Assembly: GCA_000092065.1 (NCBI GenBank)
Contig: CP000585.1
Reading direction: 5' to 3' (one strand)
Length of the DNA: 64,000 nucleotides
Origin: Ostreococcus lucimarinus
Lineage: Eukaryota
Shown here: positions 57,572 through 64,000 of the stretch, in pieces
Layout: every line of letters starts with the position of its first letter
Numbering within the stretch: the first letter of the stretch is position 1
Program-made: the position numbers and the translations under genes
The notes under the pieces: model-generated
Databases searched by the model: none
The model's input: only the letters and a program-made list of their open reading frames with translations
Told to the model about the DNA's origin: nothing

Positions 57572-58402
57572 TCACTCGAGCGACAGATTGCTCATGTCTG
57601 GTTCATCGCCGTGCTCCACGTCTCTGCTCGTGCGCACGTCCGCGTCTTCGCCGTAACCGATGGCGCAATCGCACTGATACAGCATGAATTGCAAACTGTC
57701 TTCGTCGGAAATGTCCAGCGGTACGAATGAAATCAGGGAAAAATCCTCCATGACGCTCGCGATCGCGCGATTGAGCTTGCGATACTTTGGATCCATTCTT
57801 TCATCGAGCTCGTCCGCCAACGCGGTGTGATCTGGGGTGAGATATGGGTCCAAAACCGTCTTGTCCTCCAACATGTCCACCTTGCTGAACACGTTGACGT
57901 GCGGCAGCTCCAAATGCAACATCGCGCTCTGCGCTTGCAAGCATCCGGCGATAAATTTCGAGCCGTCGGTGATAAATTGCGAATCGAGCACGTACACGCA
58001 CACCATTCGCCACCCCCAGTTCATCATCTGTTTCGTGAACGATCGAAACGCCGTGTGATGCGAGTACAGCTCGAGTTGCCCGGGGCAATCGAAGATCACC
58101 ATGTCGTCCTCCGTGTACCCTTCCAGCTGTTCGGCCAGCCAATCGTCCATGTTATCCTCGAAGTACTCCATGCAGAACATGAGCGCGCCGTTCGGGCCGA
58201 GGTCTTCCTCCTCCATGACGTCTTCGAGGGAGATGAGTTCGCGAACGTCCGCAGTCACCGGGTAGCGGAAGTCGTCCGCCGCCGGGTCGAGGTTGATCAC
58301 GTGCACCGTTCGACCGATCGAGGCGCAGTGCTGATGGATGTTGTAACAGTACGTCGATTTACCCGAACCCGCGGGACCGACGACGAGTTGAGCGTACGGC
58401 AT
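57572..58402 (-). CDS. GPN3: GPN-loop GTPase 3
   Basis: MPYAQLVVGPAGSGKSTYC (P-loop), GPNG motif DLGPNGALMFCMEY, DCPGQLELY; 276 aa; the longer ORF upstream to 58489 is Arg-rich leader. Confidence 0.85.
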   Translation of the reverse strand: MPYAQLVVGPAGSGKSTYCYNIHQHCASIGRTVHVINLDPAADDFRYPVTADVRELISLEDVMEEEDLGPNGALMFCMEYFEDNMDDWLAEQLEGYTEDDMVIFDCPGQLELYSHHTAFRSFTKQMMNWGWRMVCVYVLDSQFITDGSKFIAGCLQAQSAMLHLELPHVNVFSKVDMLEDKTVLDPYLTPDHTALADELDERMDPKYRKLNRAIASVMEDFSLISFVPLDISDEDSLQFMLYQCDCAIGYGEDADVRTSRDVEHGDEPDMSNLSLE

Positions 58403-58537
58403 GGCGGCTGACGAGACGCGAGCGAGGCGACGACTGAGGCGACGACGACGACCGAGGGGCGACTGTCGCGGGGATTTTGATACAAACAAAATGCGTCGAA
58501 TTGATGATGAGAATAGAGACGCGCGAATCGAATAGAG

Positions 58538-59383
58538 CTACAGCCTATCCTTACGTTTGCGTCCGGTAAATTTGCTATCGCTTGCGACTTGGACGCCGCG
58601 ATTTCTGTACTGCTCCTTCTTCTTGTGCACCCACGCTTTGCCTTTGATATTCTTCCCTTTCTTGTACTTCCCGCTCCTATCGCTCTTTCTTCCGTCCATG
58701 CGCATTCCTCGTCGCTCGATGTCGTCGTCATCGTCGAACTCTCCCTTCGGCGTCGGCAACTGTTCGGGCGGACCCGCGGCGAGGGCTAAGAAATACTTCT
58801 TCGCGCGCGTGGAGTTTGGATAATCCACGACTAAACCACCGCTAAATCCAACGCGAAGCGCCGCCGTCGTGATCATCTCCGCCTGCCTCGGCCCATCGGG
58901 GTAGATTTGTAAAATCGCCTTGGCGCCGCGTTTCAGGCTCTTGTACAACTGCGTGAAAAACGTCTTCAATCTTCTTTGCGGCACGTGCGCGCTGTTATCG
59001 GCGTTGCACAACCACTGCACCGCGGAAATACTCACGCACCCATCGAATACGCCCGGTCGAAACGGCACTCCGTGTCCCATATCATTCCTCAACACGTCTC
59101 CCTCCACCTCGCGCTCCTTCGCCACCTCCAGCATGCTCGCCGACAAATCCATTCCGATCCATTCGTGTCCGAGCTCGGTCAAGCGATCGCCCGACAGCCC
59201 GCTCCCGCATCCAACATCGAGCAATAACCTCGGGACGCCGTCGTCCGGGAAGTTTAACAGCTCCACCGCGCGTTCGGTGAGCCGCTCTTGAATCTCCACC
59301 ACGCGCGAGCTCTGCGAGTACTTTCGAGCCTCGGTGTCGTTATAAAACACGTCCGCGGGCGCGGTGAGCTCGGGACGAGACAT
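58538..59383 (-). CDS. BUD23: 18S rRNA (guanine-N7)-methyltransferase BUD23/WBSCR22
   Basis: FYNDTEARKY, SAM motif LLLDVGCGSGLSG, SISAVQWLCNAD, C-terminal Lys-rich NLS tail; 281 aa. Confidence 0.85.
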   Translation of the reverse strand: MSRPELTAPADVFYNDTEARKYSQSSRVVEIQERLTERAVELLNFPDDGVPRLLLDVGCGSGLSGDRLTELGHEWIGMDLSASMLEVAKEREVEGDVLRNDMGHGVPFRPGVFDGCVSISAVQWLCNADNSAHVPQRRLKTFFTQLYKSLKRGAKAILQIYPDGPRQAEMITTAALRVGFSGGLVVDYPNSTRAKKYFLALAAGPPEQLPTPKGEFDDDDDIERRGMRMDGRKSDRSGKYKKGKNIKGKAWVHKKKEQYRNRGVQVASDSKFTGRKRKDRL

Positions 59384-59591
59384 CTGTGACCGTGTTCGTC
59401 CTTCTCACGACGCGTCGCGCGCGCACACGTCCGCGTCGCGGTGTGCGACGACGCGAAAGTGCTCGGTGCGTGGCGGCGGCGTTTTCCGGTGCGGTCGATC
59501 GAAGCCGCATCGCGCGCCGCATCGCGCGCGTTTTCGACGTTCGCGCGCGCAACGCAGCGTGAGCGCACGCTGAGCGCACTCGACGTTCTCG

Positions 59592-61196
59592 ATGGCGTCC
59601 ATCGCCGGCGTGGACGACACGCTGGACGTCGACGCGACGGACGTGGTGAAAATCATCCTGCAGTGGGCGAGAGAATCCGGACTCGACGCCACGCACGCGG
59701 CGCTGTCCGCGGAGACGAACACGTCGTTGAACGCGATTGAAGACGTGGATGCGTTTAAACGCGACGTCACGCACGGAAGGTGGGACGCGGTGCTGCCACA
59801 GTTGGCGAAACTGCGACTGCCCAAGAATGTGCTGGAGGATGCGTACGAGCACGTGACGCTGGAGATGTGCGAACTGGGTGAACAAGACACCGCACGGGCG
59901 ATTCTGAGGCAATCAAACGTCATGCGAGTGATGAAAGAGGAACAGAGTCGGCGGTACGGACGATTAGAGCATTACGTGAGCGCGAGGACGTTCACCGCGG
60001 AGGACGCGTACGCGGGGACGACGAAGGAAAAGCGACGGGAAAAGTTAGCCGAGGCGCTCTTGCGAGAGGTGGTCGTCGTGCCGCCGTCGAGATTGTTGGC
60101 GCTCATCGGCCAGGCGTTGAAATGGCAGAAGAGCACTGGGGCGCTGCCGCCTGGGACGGCGTTTGATTTGTTTCGAGGCCAAGCGCAGGTGGAGGAGGAA
60201 GAGGAAGAGCAGTGTCCGACGACGTCGCACAAGAGGATCAAGTTTTCCAAAAAGTCCTTCCCCGAGTGCGCGCGATTCAGTCCTTGCGGTGGTATGTTGG
60301 CCACGGGTTCGGCGGATGGATTCATAGAGATTTGGGATCCGTACAGTGGTAAGTTGAGAAAGGATTTGAAGTATCAGGCGGAGGATACGTTGATGATGCA
60401 CGACGACGCCGTGCTCGCGCTCGCCTTTAGCCAAGACTCCGATATGCTCGCTTCGGGTTCACAAGATGGTAAGATCAAGGTCTGGCGCGTGAGCACGGGT
60501 ACGTGTTTGAGAAAATTCGAAAAAGCTCATCAAGGCGGCGTCACGAGCGTCACCTTTAGCAAGGATGGTTCGCAGGTGCTCAGCGGATCTTTCGACGGTC
60601 TCGTTCGAGTGCACGGATTAAAGAGCGGTAAATTATTGAAAGAGTTTAGAGGGCATACGTCGTATGTGAACTCGGTGGCTTTCACAGAAGATGAGACGGA
60701 TGTCGTCTCTGCGTCGAGCGACGGTTCAGTCAAGGTCTGGGACGCGAAGACGTCCGAGTGCAAGTGCACTTTCAAGCCGCCACCGCCGGTTAATCCGAAC
60801 AAAGACGATGACGAAGAGACATATCAAACTGGTACAGTCCCAGCCGTGTTGTCTGCGATTCCACATCCGAAAAATGACGCACAAATTATCGTCACTTCGA
60901 AATCAAACGCCGTCGTCGTGTGCACGCTCGCGGGCGACGTCGTGGAAACGTACTGGACGAACAAGACCGCGCTACCGCACACCATCGTCGCGGCGACGCC
61001 TTCACCGCGAGGTGAATGGATTTACGCCACGAGCGAAATCGGTGAACTGTATTGCTTTAGCACCGAAACCAAAAAGCTCGAGTCCACCGTCTTCAACCTG
61101 CACGAGAGCTCCACGCTCGGCGTCGCTCACCATCCTCGAAGAAACCTCGTCGCCACGTTTAGCTCTATCGGCGAACTCAAGACTTGGAAACCGTGA
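59592..61196 (+). CDS. SMU1: WD40-repeat splicing factor SMU1 (LisH-CTLH N-terminus)
   Basis: LisH VVKIILQWARESG, CTLH region, seven WD40 repeats (GSADGFIEIWD, SGSQDGKIKVWR, SGSFDGLVRVH, SASSDGSVKVWD); overall collinear with SMU1. Confidence 0.85.
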   Translation: MASIAGVDDTLDVDATDVVKIILQWARESGLDATHAALSAETNTSLNAIEDVDAFKRDVTHGRWDAVLPQLAKLRLPKNVLEDAYEHVTLEMCELGEQDTARAILRQSNVMRVMKEEQSRRYGRLEHYVSARTFTAEDAYAGTTKEKRREKLAEALLREVVVVPPSRLLALIGQALKWQKSTGALPPGTAFDLFRGQAQVEEEEEEQCPTTSHKRIKFSKKSFPECARFSPCGGMLATGSADGFIEIWDPYSGKLRKDLKYQAEDTLMMHDDAVLALAFSQDSDMLASGSQDGKIKVWRVSTGTCLRKFEKAHQGGVTSVTFSKDGSQVLSGSFDGLVRVHGLKSGKLLKEFRGHTSYVNSVAFTEDETDVVSASSDGSVKVWDAKTSECKCTFKPPPPVNPNKDDDEETYQTGTVPAVLSAIPHPKNDAQIIVTSKSNAVVVCTLAGDVVETYWTNKTALPHTIVAATPSPRGEWIYATSEIGELYCFSTETKKLESTVFNLHESSTLGVAHHPRRNLVATFSSIGELKTWKP

Positions 61197-61341
61197 GCGC
61201 TGATCCCGTTAAAATTTGTATCTCATTAGTTGGAATGCGTATCGTCGCGAGAGACGCTCGAATCCGACCTCGCCGTTCTCCAGTCTCGTCGTCGCGGCAA
61301 CAACACTTAGACTTCACTTCCACGCGCTGATCTCGCGCTCC

Positions 61342-62154
61342 ATGGACGGTCACTACCGCAAAAATGCAAAATCCATCGAAGGCATGATTCGGCGCGCTTC
61401 TACGAAAGAGAAAGCCGCGGTCGCGTGCTCGGTGGTCACACTGATCCTCCTCGCGATGCGCTTCTTCATCACCGATCACGACGTGCTCTTCTTGCTCGCC
61501 GAGTTCGTGCACTTCGTCGGAATCGGGTTTCTGGCGTACAAGCTGCTGAAACATAAAAACTGCACCGGATTGAGCCTGAAGACGCAGCAGTTGACGGCGG
61601 CATTCCTTGCGATTCGGTTGTATTGTTCGTTGATGATGGAGTACGACTGGCACACGCTGTTGGACGCGTTGACGTTGGCGGCGACGATATGGGTGTGTAA
61701 GATGATGAAGACGAGCGTGCGGACGACGTATAATGAAAATTTAGATCCAACGCCGCTGGCGATCATCGTCGGGCCGTGCGTGGTGTTGGCGGTGTTCGCG
61801 CACCCGACGACGCGACACTGGTGGATTAATCGCGTGGCGTGGGCGACGTGCGTGTACTTGGAGGCGATCAGCGTGCTCCCGCAGTTACAGATGATGCAAA
61901 AGGCGAGGGTAGTGGAGAGGTTTACGGCGAATTACGTGTTCGCGTTAGGCGTGGCGCGATTTTTGTCGTGCGCGCACTGGATTTTGCAAGTGTTTGACGG
62001 GAAATCATACTTGCAGACGGCGCTCGGCAAAGGGATCTGGCCGGTGATGGTGTTGGTCAGCGAGATCGTGCAGACGGGAATTTTAGCTGATTTCTGTTAC
62101 TACTACGTCTTGTCTTTTGCGCAGGGAGACGCCAACGTCCACCTTCCTGTGTGA
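61342..62154 (+). CDS. ER lumen protein-retaining receptor (KDEL receptor/ERD2) family protein
   Basis: Seven-TM PQ-loop-like architecture; WTFSIYLESVAILPQL-equivalent WATCVYLEAISVLPQLQM, C-terminal ILADFCYYYVL; N-terminally extended ERD2-like type. Confidence 0.7.
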   Translation: MDGHYRKNAKSIEGMIRRASTKEKAAVACSVVTLILLAMRFFITDHDVLFLLAEFVHFVGIGFLAYKLLKHKNCTGLSLKTQQLTAAFLAIRLYCSLMMEYDWHTLLDALTLAATIWVCKMMKTSVRTTYNENLDPTPLAIIVGPCVVLAVFAHPTTRHWWINRVAWATCVYLEAISVLPQLQMMQKARVVERFTANYVFALGVARFLSCAHWILQVFDGKSYLQTALGKGIWPVMVLVSEIVQTGILADFCYYYVLSFAQGDANVHLPV

Positions 62155-62198
62155 CGAACTTGTGTCATAATCAGTTGCTCCATCAAATTAAAAACGCG

Positions 62199-63200
62199 CT
62201 ACGCGACGTTATCGTGTCCTACGTTCGCCACGATGACCGATGCCTTCGGTGCTATCTTTTCTAAAGTTAACCTCACCGTGCAATCGTACTTGACGTGCGC
62301 GCCGGGGCACTCGAGCAACAAACACTGCTCGATCGAAGACAAGTCTTTTCCTTGTGCCACCATTCGAGCGAACACGACTTGCAACGGACTCATCGACGGA
62401 TTGTACGCGGCGCATTCCAGCGACCATCCTACGAACACTCCACCACAGCTCGTTTTGATCGCAATACCAGCGCGCGATGAGCTATAAGGCGCGTACGCTT
62501 TACGCATCGCCTCGAGCGCGAGCGGCACCAGCGCGTTCCAGTCGTCGCCGTGACGCTCCAGCAAGTGCGTCAACGGCATCAAGTCAGCCGACGGAGGCAC
62601 CTTCTCTCCGTGCACGTAAGCTAACGTAGCGAATTGTGCGTTCATACCAGAATCATCGACCCACGACTTTTCCAACAGCAGCGTTCTCGCGCTCTCGTCC
62701 TCGCCGTCGTCTAACAAATCCATCGGCCCAAACGCGTGCGGCAAAAGCTCCGCCAGCGGCGACCGCCACTTCCTCGTCACGCACCGCAAGCCCCCGGCGT
62801 CGCGTAATTCATTCATAAATTGTCTACAGTGTCCACACGGCGCCTCCGTGGTCGCGATGGCTTCTACTTTCCGTTCCTCGTTCGCCATCGCCGTGACGAG
62901 CGCAAACTGCTCCGCGTGTATGGAGTGATTCAGCGGTACCGCGCTGATTTCCACGTTCACCCCCAAGTACACGTTCCCGCTCGCCCCTCGAGCCGCGGCG
63001 CCGACGTGAAATCGACTCGTCGGCGGTCTGGCGTACCTCGACACGCTCTGCGCGAACCGCAGGAGCAACGCATCCGCGTCATCGGTGGATAGCGCGCGCC
63101 GCGTCGTGCTCACGACGCTCTCGAGAACGACAAAGCTCCCTCGAGCGACGGCGTCGTCGACGACGCGCGCGACGATGTCTTCGTGCGCGTCCGCGGGCAT
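62199..63200 (-). CDS. Cytidine deaminase, dimeric two-domain type
   Basis: Zinc motifs HAEQFAL and PCGHCRQFM in domain 1, degenerate second CDA-like domain (SSRAGIAIKTSCGGVF...ECAAY); ~333 aa as in plant/E. coli-type CDA. Confidence 0.75.
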   Translation of the reverse strand: MPADAHEDIVARVVDDAVARGSFVVLESVVSTTRRALSTDDADALLLRFAQSVSRYARPPTSRFHVGAAARGASGNVYLGVNVEISAVPLNHSIHAEQFALVTAMANEERKVEAIATTEAPCGHCRQFMNELRDAGGLRCVTRKWRSPLAELLPHAFGPMDLLDDGEDESARTLLLEKSWVDDSGMNAQFATLAYVHGEKVPPSADLMPLTHLLERHGDDWNALVPLALEAMRKAYAPYSSSRAGIAIKTSCGGVFVGWSLECAAYNPSMSPLQVVFARMVAQGKDLSSIEQCLLLECPGAHVKYDCTVRLTLEKIAPKASVIVANVGHDNVA

Positions 63201-63302
63201 CGCGCGCGAGCGAGCGCCGAGACGACGTGTGACGACGGCGCGTCCAGAAGGAAATATTCAATGAAAAATGTGCTATGGCGTGCTCGCGTCGCGACGGCGC
63301 GT

Positions 63303-64000
63303 TTACTCGGAAGGGGCTTCGATCGGCGCTTGGTCGACGGCGGGCTTCGTTTCGTTGACGAGATTTTCGGCGCCGTCGACGATCTTCATGGAGATGATCT
63401 CGTCGTCGACCTTGAGATCGCGCAGGAGCTCTTGGTTCTCGACGACGTAACCGAAGATGGAGTAGCGACCGTCCAAAATGTTGGTGCCGGACGGCGTGAG
63501 TTCGGATTCGCGAAGGAGGAAGAAGAACTGGGACGACGCCGAGTTCGGTTCCGCTTCGCGACGCGCCATCGCGAGCGTACCGAACGCGTTGAACGGCAGC
63601 ACCGGCTGGTCGCGGTAACGGCCGAGTTCCTCCAGCGTCAACTCGTATTCCGGCACCTTGTCGCCTTGCACCATGATTTCCAGAGGAACCGTGCGCTCGA
63701 CGCCGCCAAGCTTGAAACCGTCACCGCCCTTCGGCTTACCGCTTTGTACGACGAAACCATCGGAGCGCTGGATCGGCATCTTGTCGTAAAAACCCAAGTT
63801 GATCAAATCGGCAAAGTTACCCGCGCTCACCGGGGCGTTGTAACCGTCGAGGACGATCTTCAACACGCCGCCATCCGTGTTCGCGTTGTCCTTGATTTTC
63901 ACCAGCATGTCCACCGTCGCCCGACCCTTCAACAACGGCCTGTCCGCGTATTGCGCGGGGACGTCAAATGGGAAACCATCAATCATATCTTCCTCGATGC
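63303..64000 (-). CDS. Cyclophilin-type peptidyl-prolyl cis-trans isomerase-like protein (divergent, lumenal CYP-like), 5'-truncated by window end
   Basis: ORF open to the window edge; cyclophilin-like blocks [43 protein letters not shown]; N-terminus lies beyond 64000. Confidence 0.55.
   Translation of the reverse strand, partial: IEEDMIDGFPFDVPAQYADRPLLKGRATVDMLVKIKDNANTDGGVLKIVLDGYNAPVSAGNFADLINLGFYDKMPIQRSDGFVVQSGKPKGGDGFKLGGVERTVPLEIMVQGDKVPEYELTLEELGRYRDQPVLPFNAFGTLAMARREAEPNSASSQFFFLLRESELTPSGTNILDGRYSIFGYVVENQELLRDLKVDDEIISMKIVDGAENLVNETKPAVDQAPIEAPSE

Noticed and set aside
1-64000. A single previously undescribed multi-gene system (defence island, biosynthetic cluster, viral insertion)
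   Set aside because: Gene content is a typical mix of housekeeping eukaryotic genes with uniform GC; no compositional island, no cluster of functionally linked enzymes beyond the loose DNA-repair enrichment noted.

Overview
This 64-kb window is nuclear DNA from a chromosome end of a very GC-rich (~65% by eye), gene-dense, intron-poor eukaryote. It opens with about 28 copies of CCCTAAA (the C-strand of a TTTAGGG telomere), and the first gene ends only ~260 bp further in. The plant-type telomere repeat, (6-4) photolyase, tandem-domain GTP cyclohydrolase I, front-end desaturase, PPR protein and plant-type BRCA1/BARD1 architecture together suggest a mamiellophycean green alga (Micromonas/Ostreococcus-like). 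I call about 45 protein-coding genes on both strands, with intergenic spacers typically 100-300 bp and many head-to-head pairs. Two genes clearly have spliceosomal introns: ribosomal protein L27e (two introns, both starting GTACGT) and a DeSI/PPPDE peptidase whose first 41-nt exon I reconstructed by hand. I found no rRNA or tRNA genes, no transposons and no prokaryotic-style systems. The items most worth a second look are: (1) a single ORF fusing PPR repeats, a CCCH zinc finger and a TrmB-like methyltransferase fold, (2) tandem FCP1/NIF-type paralogs whose catalytic DxDxT motif reads DLNGL, (3) a 1219-aa OB-fold protein with an RPA70-type zinc ribbon (CTC1 candidate) that shares a promoter containing a telo-box with RFC3, (4) two tandem GT90 glycosyltransferase paralogs carrying a 294-bp 100% identical tract, (5) palindromic CGATCG-rich tracts that recur in bidirectional promoters, (6) an unusual concentration of DNA replication/repair genes, and (7) a Pol theta/nu-like A-family polymerase with no helicase domain. 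All product calls are from motif recognition by eye; nothing was searched.
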